In this document: positions 11,515 through 25,000 of the stretch, in pieces
Numbering within the stretch: the first letter of the stretch is position 1
Layout: the number at the start of each line of letters is the position of its first letter
Source of the DNA: Paraphysomonas bandaiensis
Taxonomy: Eukaryota > Protista > Chrysophyceae
Direction: 5' to 3'
NCBI GenBank assembly: GCA_965644295.1
Contig: CBFFRP010000577.1
Coordinates: 62,001 to 126,000 of the forward strand
Length of the DNA stretch: 64,000 nt
The notes under the pieces: generated by a model
The model's database searches: none
Told to the model about the DNA's origin: nothing
What the model saw: the letters and a program-made list of their open reading frames with translations, nothing else
Made by a program: the position numbers and the translations under genes

Positions 11515-13166
11515 ATGGACTTATACGGAGACTTACCCCCCACAGAGAATACGAGTCAGACACAGACGATATCGACAGGCGGGTGGGCTAAACCAGGAGC
11601 TAGTCTAAAACCCAAACCCCCTCCACCACCACCTCAACCCCCACAAACAAAACAAACAGATTCTAATGAGAGTAAGAAGAGTAAGGCTCCTTCTTCTCCG
11701 GCTGTCTCTACTTTTCAAGTTGCTCCCAAGAAGATGGCATCAGTTGCCTTCAAGCCACGACAGACTGTATCATCCAACCAGCCAATACCATCAAAGCCTA
11801 CGAGTACCCTGATTGCATCTGTTAAAACATCTGAAACTGTTGTTCGAAAGAAATTGTCAACTGCCCATGTTGAGACCGTACATCCTGTGAAGGAGCCTCA
11901 GGTTATGAATCCGCATGATGTGAAAACCTCTTCGAGCCCAACGTCACATAGCGATGCTGTCTGTTCGACGTACGAATGCGAAGATCCGTATGATCCGTCG
12001 AAGCCAAATGACTACCTCCAATGGTGTGAGGAACGCATTGAACGACGTCGTTTGCGCAGGTTAGAAGAAGAGAATCGCCGAACTCTCGAAGAGATGGAGC
12101 GTAAACGAGAAGAAATTGCCCAAGAACGTGCACGTGCTCTACAAGAAGGTGATCTAGAGCGAGTGCAGGCTACGATGCCCTCCATAGGAAGAGGGCGTGG
12201 TAGAGGAGTCACTAACTTACCCGCATGGATGACTGCATCGAGTCAGCAAGGAACATCTGCTGGGTCTAATAGTTCGCCGTCATCTATACCTGGACAGTAT
12301 GAAGATGCTGTCACTTCAAGCACAACTAAGCACAGTAGCAATGATATCGATAAAGGTACAAGCAATGATCAGAGGAGTTGTTCTGACGCAAGTGGGGGAC
12401 GGAGTAGTGAAACTGGTGCCGACAATAGCAGAGATGTGGCGTCTAGAATGATGGCTCGAATGGGGTACGAAGATGGATCGGGACTGGGGCGAAGTGGACA
12501 GGGCATAGTTAATCCTATTCAGGTGTGCACAGTGCACCCACTTTTTTTAATATAATATTGACCTATCGTATACTTTGCATTAAGTACATATGTACTATGT
12601 TTTTAATTTATATTCGAAATTTTGGAGCACGAAAAATGATAGAATATGCTCAAGTGCTTTATTTCTTTTCACTCTATTAAACGCAGGTTCGCTCACAGGG
12701 TGGTGGGGCTGGTAGCATCATTTTAGGGGAAGATGACAAACGACGGGTTTTGGGTAAACGTGATGATCCCCCTTCTGCTCCCCCAGCGATGACCGCTCTC
12801 TCTGCGTTAGCTCAAAAGAGGAAGAGGTCAATGTTCTCTAACCCCAGCTGTGTGGTACTGCTGAAAAATATGGTCGCCAGTGGACAGGTCGACAGCTCCT
12901 TGTCAGAGGAAACGAAAGATGAGTGCAGGAAGTATGGCCCCGTGCGCTCATGCATTGTTCGTGAAGTTCGGGATCGCAGTGCTCCAGAAGAAGAGCGGGT
13001 GAGAACGTTTGTGTGTTTTGAACGGCAGGATAGCGCGGTGAAAGCATATAGAGATCTAAACGGAAGATACTTTGGTGGAAGACAAATCAGTGCTGTGTTT
13101 TATGACGAAGACAAATTTAACCGTCGAGATTTAGATCCAGTGCCGAGTGAATGGGAGGGAAGATAA
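11515..13166 (+). CDS. RBM17: Splicing factor 45 / RBM17 / DRT111-like (G-patch + UHM), 2 exons
   Basis: MDLYGDLPP start, YDPSKPNDY SPF45 motif, NLPAWM, G-patch ASRMMARMGYEDGSGLGRSGQG, C-terminal UHM with LNGRYFGGR. Intron 12523-12686. Confidence 0.92.
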
Positions 13167-13498
13167 CTATTTAATGTAAGTTGTGTTGTTAGTAGGTAGT
13201 TGCAGATAAATATCTAAACTAGGTGAGTTGAAGCTGAAAAGTTTCGAGTGCTTATACAGCTATACCTTTCTATATACGTGCTTTTCTATTTTGGTATTGA
13301 TGTGTACATATAGTAGAATATGGACTTTACTTTGGTAAGCCAGCTACTCTTACCCACCGATTCAACACTTCCTCAGCTTAATTGTCACAGTTACAGTAAA
13401 AGTTCTAGGTTCTGCAATTTTGACTTAAATAAAAGCTTGATGTATTAGGTAGAATGATGAACTGAGAAACGGTATCCATGCTATTGTTCGAAACCCCG

Positions 13499-13635
13499 GC
13501 AGTAGGCGTTTAAAAGTCAGAACTATTTTAGCATTGCAACTTAACTAACTAGTGCTTAACTCTGACATCCTACTATTTAGCGTTACGAAAGCTGCTTGTG
13601 CGTCACCGCAAGCACCAAGGTGCAACCACTTTCGC
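13499..13635 (+). mobile_element. Copy of a short dispersed repeat family (also at ~47120-47311 reversed and ~54045-54445)
   Basis: catcctactatttagcgttacgaaagctgcttgtgcgtcaccgcaagcaccaaggtgcaaccactt matches the reverse complement of ~47128-47193. taactaactagtgcttaactctga also occurs at ~54100. Confidence 0.8.
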
Positions 13636-14337
13636 TCTATCACTCACAGTGAGTAAGCAGAATATTGATATATCTGACATATGCTGACTTCAAGATATTG
13701 AGTCCTTAAGGTGAACAGCCCGGATGCTTGACTTCAGCAGGCAGCCCTATACCTCGGATGCTCTTGATGTGGGCCCATTCCCGGATGCCTGTATATTTGT
13801 CAAGGCCCAAAGACACTTACACAAGTGACACTTATTAGTGTTCCTTGTATCACACAAGCATTAGGCTATAAGTAGGCAGAAAATTATCCGCCTGCATATA
13901 CGCGCCTCATGTTAGCTTCCCGAATAATGGCACCTAGATGTAAAATGTAAAATCTAGAAACTATATAAACTAGAATTATACTCAACTACTCCACCGATCA
14001 ATGCTGGTGTAACAGCTCAAAAGATGTACGGAGGCTACATGTCTGAATGGTTGGAAATTGGAAAGTAAAAGACCTGTGTGAGCTAATATAAGACTTTGTT
14101 TAAGCCGTTTCAGAAGCGATGGATATAGTATTATTTACTCACTAACTAACTATTAGAATTCACAATGATAGGCCCAGTGGTCACGCAACACATACAAGTA
14201 GCCAGTGAAATATTAGTTAAAATAGTACGATACATATCAGGAATACATTCTATACTGCAAGCAATATATGTATAAGCTCAATGACGACAAACGTACTCTA
14301 CTTACTCAATAAAATATTCCTTACATGAGTAACGCTA

Positions 14338-17300
14338 TCACAGATTGTCATCAAAACTAAAATTAAATCCATCTTTGTCATCCTCACCTTTGCTGATGGC
14401 TGCTCTATTTTCATTCCGATCGATTCTCGACGTACCGACGGGTGAAGTTTCTGCTACAGAACTTAATATCGTCGGACTAGGAGATGCATTCTCCTCCACA
14501 TCTTTACAATCTGATTGCTTTTGCACAATTACTTTTCCAGGACTAGAATACATAGGAGTTGAACTTCCACTATTACTTGTGGAGTACGATCTCTTCAATG
14601 ATGGAACATTTTTCCTACTGTGAAACCGAACGCGAGGAGCATTTGGGACACTTTCTGGACCATTCGTTTTATCTGTCTGGCCAGAAATTCGAATGTCATC
14701 GGCTTCAGTGATGTCATATATTTTATATTCTTTGCTCACATCTTCCCCGGCACTTTTAATCTCATGAACCTCTTCATCAGGAACACGAAATATTACTTTC
14801 TCCACTAGGTGTTCTTGCCGAAGTACTTGGACAGATATTTCACGAGGCTGGTCAGATATCATGGACATTAAAAATGCCTGTAGAGGTTGAGCATTAATGA
14901 ATATAATGATATATAACAAAGAGAATATATGGCATCAAATCACTACGAGTATAACCTGAAAAGTAAATATTGTCCACTGAAAGATCACAAAAAACCAAAA
15001 CCTAAAAGACTTCGAGTGATCGTCAAATACGTCCATTGTAAAGCATACAATTGCGGCATTTGTCACCACAGCAGCAATCGTAGTAATGGTGAATATCGAT
15101 TGCCTAAAAGATAACAGAAATAATTATGGCGATGTCTCTGAATAATCAGTTACACGAGTAAAATGCACCCACCACATGCCAATATCCTCTGCAGCACGAA
15201 TAACTGGTCGTCTATAAACTTTCAAAAATTTAAAGGCATCTGCTTTGGTCTCAATGCAACTCGAGACTAGTCCAATAAAAGAAGCAACAGGAAGGGCCGA
15301 TGCAAATAGAACTATGTAACCAAATTGAATCGCAATTTCAGCATATTCCCCCAGACAACCTCGCACAACATCGTACTGTATATATTAGAAAGAGGTGATA
15401 AAAACAAACAAATTATGTTCGCAAAATTCGTGAAACTACATGTGTAGCAGGTGGCAGAAAGCATGAACGTTACACTGGTATCTAAATATAACTATGCAAG
15501 AGAAACATACAGAAATAAGCCAATAACACAGTATCGACACACAGGAATACATACCGAAGCTAGCAAGAACTCTCTCTCAATTATGGGTAAATCTTCATGA
15601 CCTAAGGTAGAATGCGCCACTCGCCTCATCTCACGTTCTTTATACTGCATCTCGACATAGGGAATAAGCCCTTCAGTGGTTACCGCTGTGAGTTCACGAA
15701 TTCCTTGCGTATCAAATTAGCAATTACAACCGAGATACCAAAATGCAGACAGCGCACAATACAAAACTACAAAACAACCTATTGTGCAGCTAACAATTCA
15801 GCAAACACACCGAATATTATCGCCAAGTTTACAGCAAGTGGAATCATGCATGTCGAAGCCCCACAATCATTATCTGAGCTACTCGAGTTCGTGGATACAT
15901 ACGGTGCGATGAAAGCAATGTAGAAAAAAGACGAGTACGAATTGACAAACTACGAGCCACAAACATGTACGTACATTAGTCTACAGCACACTGTTGCAAA
16001 GATGACAGTCACAGTTGCTACATGCATAAAACGAATAGGACAAAAACAACTTCAAACGCATAACATATTTGACACATTCACATCGAACCTGAAATAAAAA
16101 CAATTTTACGACCATTGCGTCTTGAAATTCTGTATCAGTACGGTGATTTTCCCATTCAGTAAGTTGCTGTGCGATAGAACTATACAAATAGTTGAATATT
16201 TGAATCTGTAAGGCGTTCGTAACAGAGGACACAAGTTGGGATGAACTACCAATGGATTTTGACAATGCCGCCCTCATGATATATATACTAATGACCTGAC
16301 ACGATGAATGACTATGAAGCAAAAACAAAGCATCGTAGAGTAACAAAACGACGAAAGACGTCGAAGACATCAGGTAACACCAGTTCTTACAGCGAGCATC
16401 CATGCAAACTGTGTACTGTGCGATCCACATTGTATACATTCTAATGCACCTTAGCATAACCACAACAAACTTACCACGCCGATGATTAGAGTGATGAGTG
16501 TACATATTACAGTCGCACTTATCATAACCTTCTGTCGTCGTTTTTTTCGAGGAAAATATATTATATGTTTTCCGTCGATATAGGAATGCACCAGTTCACC
16601 AATAAACTCTGTTAACTACAATTAGAATGAACAAAAGAACTGTAGAATCCAATATGGTTCCAACACCACAGCCCATATACTTGTCGTCTCATAATTCATC
16701 GACATATAGGTAGCACGATGTTATCCAATACTCACACACATGAAATCACCTACATACAGCATACCTGGCCTATCAATTTCATTCTCCTCAAAGTCAAGCA
16801 TTCCTCGTTTAAGAGATACATATTTCTCCTTTCGTTTCCATTTTTCTAACATCAGTACGCCCCATATCAGCAGCACAATGGAAAAAGCAACCTACGCGAC
16901 ATTACTTGTCGTGACATCGTAAGCAACATTAAAACATACCTGAGGGTATGAGCTATAGGTGTTGGTGCTCAATATATACAACTGCAACGGAAGTGAAAGT
17001 AAAGCTGGAAAAATTAGCCACTTCGTGTAGTGCCCCATAAACACAAAATACAATCCAATTTGCTCTCCAAAGTACTCCTGCTCAGAGTATAAAAATACGG
17101 AATAGGTATAGTTCTAACCACATTTTTCACAGCAAAATAAGATATAAACGCTTTATATAGTGCACTGCACAAGGTATTGCAAGACTATCGCATGCGCTAT
17201 AGTTGGTCGCATCATTCAAGATCATGGCAATGTAATGCAAAACCTTCACATCATCCAGCGGAGCTCTCCAAGGAGGAATACCCCAAGGTAACCATGCGAT

Positions 17301-18114
17301 TTCAAGCTTTCTTTTCGATGGGGTATGCAATGGATAGAATGCCTCTACTAGACCTATGTCAAGAACATGAGTATACACAACCCATCATATATATTTCGGT
17401 ATTATGGAACAATAGTCACACTTGCATGCGTTATCTACCTTCCTTAATGTGTTTCCGAATACTAATTCCATCTCCAGTGGCACAGAGATCTTTTTCATCA
17501 TCACTTTTAATGCTCAGTCGGGACTGAATAAGCATTTCAGTTAACTTGAGGCGAACCAGCTCTCGAAACGGGTGATCACAGCCTTCGGGACGCCAGTAAA
17601 GGGACTCATTGACTGTAAACCGATATGGGGCATATATATGCTCATAAGGGTGTAGTTTCGACTCTTCCTTGATATCTGCAATAACAAGGGGTGCAATATT
17701 TCTCTCTGCATCCCCTTGCTTGGCCGTCTTTTCGAGTAGGACAGGATCTAATAGCATCTGGTACTCGATATCCGCAGCAAAACAACGTATAGTGTAAAGT
17801 CCACATCGCAAGAGAACGTATATATATTCTTTAGTTAACCCATAAACTAATAAATACTCCGCACCAACACTTCTCAAGTGTCTCAGATAGCGACCAGCAA
17901 ACACCGGCAGAGAGTGATCGTCAGGGTCGCTCTTAAACACCATACAGTAGTCATACTCTGATGTAATGGATGTGTTGTTATTCACTCCACCGGATGCACT
18001 GTGACTGTGACTGTGACTGTGATGAGATCCATGAGCCGCATGTGATCCTATCGACTGATTCTCGTCATGTGTTTCAATTAACGGCTGCTTAAAACTATTC
18101 GATGATTGGATCAT
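14338..18114 (-). CDS. Anoctamin/TMEM16 family channel/scramblase, multi-exon
   Basis: YFGEQIGLYFVFMGHY, WENHRTDTEFQDAMVVKLFLFQ|FVNSYSSFFYIAF, EYAEIAIQFGYIVLFASALP, and DAFKFLKVYRRP...AEDIGMW. Canonical introns. Confidence 0.93.
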
Positions 18115-18551
18115 TATGAAGAAATCAACGCGATCTCTCCCCCACTAGATGAGGAGGGTCGTATGAGTGTGAGACGAGGTGATGTGACGACTGGTCGGAT
18201 CTTCTATCCGCTACAGTATTTCAAAGCAATATCTGTGTGCTGTATACTGTACTGCTGTACTATTGTACAGAGTTTCTGGGAGCTAAAATATCCCACATTT
18301 TATTCCAAAAAGTCTCAATTTTCGTGGTCAACTGCTGGTGAGAGAATACAGTCTCCTGTGTACCAATGACGGTGAGTTTCGACGCTGTGATTGGTCATTT
18401 CGAGTAGGTTGTCTGTACTGTACCACACGTACATGCTACTGTACATTCATGCACACTGTTGTTTACTGCAGCGGCAGATGCTGTCAGTCAGTTCAAAGTT
18501 TTAATTGTCCTGTTTACATCATACCGATGCAGATGCAATAAACCACTACGA

Positions 18552-19613
18552 ATGCACATCATGATGCTAATTTCCAATACACGATTGCCCAATGCGTATG
18601 CCAATGCGTCAAGACGATTGATGCCGTGTTTGCATTTCAATTACGCTATGCAAACAGCATCTCCGTTTATGGGCCCTCGATATGCATCATCTTCTTCTCA
18701 AGCAGATGATGTCATGTCGTGTTTTGCGCATGGACAACAGCCGTCTCCTGAAGCTATGTCATGCATTAGAAATCGACAAGCACACGTCCAAGCGCCCCGG
18801 CCGATTGCCATCTCGACGGGTGAATGTCGGCATGGATATCCTCAAGTGCTTGTTCAACATGCTGTAGACCTTAGTGTTGGTGTACTTCAGAGTGGGATGT
18901 TACGCCTGACATGTCCTCACCTGGTACGAGAGATTGATTCATATGAGCGCACTGGAGCAGTGGCTGAATTCAATAAGACCGTTGCAGTAATCCCAGACGT
19001 ACGTGATAATTTTGACAGTACACACAAAGCGTGGCAAGAGATTCGAAAGAAATCTATGACGGAGGAGGAACGAAAGTATGTTGAGGAGAGGCTGGGTGAC
19101 CATGCAGAGGATTTTCTATCTTGTGGGTTTATTGGCATCAAGGACAACAGGTATATACCAAAAAGGACGCATATCATAATATTTCAGTGTTCCCTTTTAA
19201 GTGCGATTGCAACCGCATGTTTTGTTGAAATTACTTGCGCTGAAGCTAATGAGTACTATAGGACACATGACGTGAAGTGTTTGCATGCGCACGTGGCAGA
19301 TCACCTTATACGTGGTAATAATATCATCGGGGCGACCGTCCTTCGCCGTCTTAAGGACAGGGGAGTCGATCCATCTGGATGCGATGGTACTTAAATTATT
19401 CAACCTTCCTTCTATTGTCCGTTACTTATGTGCTTTCGAATAGGCTGTTCGCAGCAGTGTGATTCAAGTATTCCGAAAGTAGAAGCTAAGTGGTGGTATG
19501 AGCCTGCGAAAAATAAGGCTAAATTAATTAGAAGAAAAGATCTCAGAAGGGAACAACGTCAGAACATATTAAGAAAGAAGAGTGACGGTGCAAACCCCAC
19601 CGAAAAGCAATGA
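18552..19613 (+). CDS. DUF501 family protein with N-terminal extension, 3 exons (start uncertain, 18552-18564)
   Basis: CRHGYPQV, LRLTCPHLVREIDSYE and VKCLHAHVADHL...NIIG motifs. Introns 19151-19261 and ~19388-19443. Confidence 0.8.
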
Positions 19614-20112
19614 ACTATCCTCCCATGTGTATTTTCGCCAGTTTTTTCTGTTTGTTATAAATAGTAATACCCATTGATGACTTAGGACTTTTTGTTTAGA
19701 ACTATCGATGCTCGTATGCAGATACGTAATGTTATTTTTATATCGATAGCCTTGCCTCAGTAATTGTAGTTGACACAGGTAATGTGTATACTGTATACTT
19801 ATTATTAGTATATTCATGATGTACCGTATACGTATTATCAATAACAATAGGATATAGATCACTGGCATCTTGTCGGATACACCAATGTCAGGGAGAGGAA
19901 GGCAGCGTATTATACTACCTAATATTTATTTTCCCTAGTCTTAAAACCAAATCGATTTAACCACGTTTCCTACACTCAACATATGTTGCATATAGCATTT
20001 AAATTCACACCAAAAGACTACTGTCAGTTGTCAGTAGAACATAATACAATTAAGTTGCTTTCTCGAATTCTGTATACATTCAGGAATGCATTCAACACAA
20101 AGAGCCAAAGTA

Positions 20113-21345
20113 TCATACAGTGAATTCTTCATAACACCCACGCGATGTGTCGGGCGTCATGGCCATGGACCTATACCACCAGCATTACTGTACCAACACA
20201 CTTGCATAGTACTACGTACGTGTGCTTGCTGTCCGGTGTAGGATAAGGAGCCACCCGGGGACTGCTACAGTCTATAGATTTTAATGCTCTAAGTGAGTTA
20301 TCACTGGAAAATGCATCGAACTTAATGATATCAGCCATCGTGAGAGTGCCGGAGCAATCTTTATCAAGCTTGACAAACTGACCCCTGATCCGCTTTACGA
20401 TATCCTGAGTAAACGCTGAATATAATGTAGATACGAACAACATCCTCACCTCGTCGACCATATTCATCTTGATAAGTTTATATAATACATAAGCATCTTC
20501 ACTGATCTCTGCACTTTCGTCGACCTCTTTTATATTTATTTCCTTCAACATCACACGAAACGTCTGTTGGTGAAGGGATGTATTCGAAAGCGCATTGGCC
20601 TCAATGGTCGCCTGCTGATACTCTTTCAGTGCGTCATTGAAAGCTCCAAGGGACCTCGCAGTGACACAGACTCCTACGATGCAGTAAAATAGAGTAAACA
20701 CTTTGGACGCAGTGTTAGTGGGATATATATCCCCATATCCAACACATGCAATAGTCATGGTAGATAAATATAACGAATCTACGATGGAAAAGTTGTCGAC
20801 AATGGTAGAGTAAACCAGAGTTCCCACAGAAACATTAGCTACCAATATAAGGGTACTGAAAGTTAATCTTCTGATAATTCGAAATCCAGGAGAAGTCGTT
20901 TTCCCGTATACACCACGCTGTCTACTAAGATATCTGGACGGGGAATCCATATGACGATCTTCCCTATCAATTTCTGCCTTAGCTTCGAGTTTTTGTCTTT
21001 CATGATGACGTTGAATAAGCACCTCTACCATCCAAGATACAACTCCAGCAACAATTCCAAGTCCCCAAAAAACATACCCACATGTAAAGATCTTTGCAAA
21101 ATTAGACTTTGGAACAAGATCACCATAACCTGACGCATCGGACAGATAAGGTAATAAGTAAGAGCTATCATGATATTACCTATTGTTAAGAATGTAATAA
21201 CACAAAAATATAGCGCCTGAAATGGTTCCATATCGGCTTCATAAGAGTAAAATGCAACACCGGTGGTGAAATACGCTGCCAGAACTAGAGATATTTGCAT
21301 AGATATTACTAGCCGATTTCCACCAAGCAGTTTAAACAGAAGCAT
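20113..21345 (-). CDS. Two-pore K+ channel (TPK/KCO-like) with C-terminal EF-hand, ~4 exons
   Basis: Pore 1 ALYFCVITFLTIG|YGD is split by an intron; pore 2 is SLYLSTMTIACVGYGDIYP; EF-hand DKDCSGTLTMADI. Start codon uncertain. Confidence 0.9.
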
Positions 21346-22078
21346 AGTGACAGTCTTAAATGTAGAAATAGGGCAATGACCTGACAGCTGTGTAGTCGAA
21401 TTGATCCGACAGGTATCTGGCAATGTACAATTATATATATTGCATCCAGCAGTCCCGTACTCGCTTGCCATAATCCACATCATCAGTTCGGTTCCATTTG
21501 GGGAATCCTTGGTGGAAAATACAATGGTGAAATCGCTGTTCATAGAGTAACATGATCCCTGATGACGTATTGACTTCAGGAAGAGGGAACAGTAACTGGT
21601 CCGAGTCTGTATTATGACAGTCGCACTCGCTGTACCACTCTCCCATTGAGGACAAAAATGGGGACAATGCCGATAGAGAGATCGACAGGACCAGCAGCAC
21701 AGTTGTGTATTTTAGTGCTCCATATTTTCATTATGAAAGTACACAAATACCGCATCCGTATCCCACTGTATTCCAGTTGGAACCCATCATCTTCCCCAGA
21801 TACAAAAATAAAGTTGAAATTTTCAAAGTCCATCTCGTGATGTGATTGGACGATGCCTGCTATTGGGCCATTCAACCGCCATGTGTCCTATAGGCCGCCT
21901 CTGGACCCCAACTCCATCCATCGAACACTCACCAATCTATGAAATTGGCCGAAATTTTTGAACGCCTGTATATATATACATCCCTCTATATATTGCATCG
22001 AGTTATTGGCTACCTATATATTATCCATAGGCTAGTCGAGCAATAACATTTAATCAGCGTGTTAGCCTGTGCTGATCT

Positions 22079-25000
22079 ATGCTTTTATTCAAGTTTTTAA
22101 CTGTGTATTGCGTGTTGTCACATCAACTAGCACACGCTGCGTCTATTTCAGTTCTCTCGAACAGCTATGCTGCAAGTGGGACGTATGATGAAATTAAAGC
22201 CCAACTTGATGAGAACCAAAATACTGATAGTGAGGCTGTAGGTGAAGGAGTCTGGAGCTGCAGCTGCAGTCAATCATTCTTCCCCACATCTGTGCCTTCT
22301 TCACTACCGTCGTCGATTCCAACTTCTCTGCCGTCCTCAGTTCCCACCTCTGTACCTACCTCTGTACCGAGCTCTGTACCATCTTCCCTTCCAACTTCTA
22401 TCCCAACTTCCATCCCGACATCAATGCCGACATCGATTCCTACTTCTGAACCCACATCCGTACCTACTTCAGTTCCGACCAGTGTTCCATCCAGTGCCCC
22501 TACTTCTGTTCCAACAAGTATTCCTTCCTCTGTTCCCACAGCTGTACCCAGCTCAGTCCCTTCATCTCTTCCGACCTCTATTCCAACATCAGTGCCCAGT
22601 GTAGTACCAACTTCTGTTCCTACATCCATTCCAACATCTGTACCTACGTCTACCCCTTCTTCTCTACCGACATGTGTTCCCACTTCCATACCGACTTCTG
22701 TTCCATCGTCTGTGCCAACTTCTGTTCCAACAGCGGTACCGACTTCACTTCCTACATCTGTGCCGTCATCAATCCCAACATCAGTACCTACATCTATTCC
22801 GACTTCATTTCCTTCCTCCACCCCCACATCGATCCCGACGTGTGTACCGTCTTCAGTACCTACTTCTGTCCCTACTTCTGTCCCTACAGCTGTCCCGACT
22901 GCTGTCCCATCATCACTACCCACGTCTGTGCCGACGTCAATTCCGACATCTATTCCGACTTCAGTTCCTACCAGTTTGCCGTCCTCTCTTCCAACATCAA
23001 TACCAACATCAGCGCCAACATCAGTACCAACATCCGTCCCCACTTCACTGCCTACGTCTATTCCCACTGGCGTGCCTACTTCTGTGCCCACATCTGTACC
23101 ATCTTCAGTACCGACTTCTGTACCTACGTCTGTTCCCACAAGCTTACCAACTTCGGTACCGTCATCTATGCCCACATCAATACCTACCTCCATACCTACT
23201 TCTGTACCAACTTCGGTTCCAACGTCTGTCCCGACATCAGTACCTACCTCTCTCCCAACTTCTGTACCTACTTCCATACCTACAGCAGTCCCCTCGTCTA
23301 TTCCCACGTCGGTTCCGTCATCAGCTCCGACATCAGTTCCCACCTCAATCCCTACATCAGTTCCATCGTCTGAACCCACTTCTGTTCCCACGTCGATACC
23401 TTCATCTGTACCGACTTCTTTGCCGACCAGTGTACCGACATCAATTCCTACTAGTGTCCCAACTTCAATTCCGACGTCGATTCCAACATCTGTGCCGACA
23501 TCTGTTCCTACCTCGACTCCTACATCTGCTCCCACATCTGTGCCCACATCTGTTCCCACTTCTGTTCCTTCAAGTATTCCTACATCGGTCCCAACATCAG
23601 TTCCCACATCAGTTCCTACGTCGATTCCAACTAGTGTGCCGACGTCAGTTCCTACTTCGGTTCCAACGTCTATTCCCTCTTCTTTGCCTTCTTCGGTTCC
23701 TACTGCTGTTCCAACTTCAGTGCCGACTTCTGCTCCTTCTTCTATACCCACGTCAGTTCCAACTTCGATTCCCAGTTCTTCCCCTACAAGTGTTCCAACC
23801 GCTGTTCCGTCATCTCTCCCGTCTTCTGTTCCTACGTCTATTCCTACGTCTGTACCGACGTCACTTCCTACTTCGGTTCCTTCATCTGTTCCAACATCTG
23901 TACCAACATCTATCCCAACCTCAATTCCAACATCAGTACCGACGTCTGTTCCTACTTCGGTTCCTTCATCTGTTCCTACTTCGATTCCTACTTCTCTCCC
24001 AAGCTCTGTACCCTCTTCAGCACCAACAAGTGTACCAACATCTGTCCCCACATCCCTACCCACGTCAGTCCCAACTTCTTTACCTACATCGGTCCCAACT
24101 GTAATCCCAACGTCTACACCAACTGGTGTACCCACATCAGTTCCTACATCTGTTCCAACAAGTTTTCCGTCGTCTGTTCCTACTTCTGTCCCGACATCTA
24201 TTCCTACTTCTGTACCGTCGAGTATTCCTACATCTGTCCCTACTAGCGTTCCTACCTCGGTTCCCACTAGCACTCCTACATCTGTTCCGACAAGTGTACC
24301 GACATCAATTCCAACTTCCGCGCCCACATCTATTCCTACTTCTGTACCATCGAGTATTCCTACATCGGTCCCAACGTCAGTTCCTACGTCAGCTCCTACA
24401 TCAGTACCGACGTCAGTTCCTACATCGGTTCCTACATCGGCTCCGACGTCTGTTCCTACATCAGTTCCTACATCAGAACCGACATCCGTTCCTACTTCTG
24501 TTCCCACATCGGTACCTACTTCTGTACCGACATCGGTTCCAACGTCAGTTCCAACTTCTGTGCCGACGTCTCTTCCTTCGTCTACACCGACAAGTGTCCC
24601 GACGTCTTTGCCAACATCTGTACCGACGTCAGTTCCTACCTCAATTCCTACTTCAGTTCCCACGTCAGTTCCAACCGCAGTTCCAACTTCATTACCGACA
24701 TCTATTCCTACATCGGTTCCTACATCAGTACCTACTAGTGTACCGACATCTGTTCCAACATCTGTTCCTACATCCTTACCGACGTCTCTTCCTACGTCTA
24801 CACCGACAAGTGTCCCGACGTCGTTGCCAACATCTGTTCCCACTTCAGTTCCTACATCTGTTCCTACATCTGTTCCCACGTCACTTCCAACTTCAGTACC
24901 GACTTCTGTTCCTACATCTGTTCCTACATCGGTTCCTACATCAGTACCTACTAGTGTACCGACATCGGTTCCGACGTCAGTTCCTACATCCGTACCGACG

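Noticed and set aside
13682-13860. Possible solo LTR (TGCT...AGCA) with three cggatgc motifs
   Set aside because: No TSD or partner LTR; not supportable.
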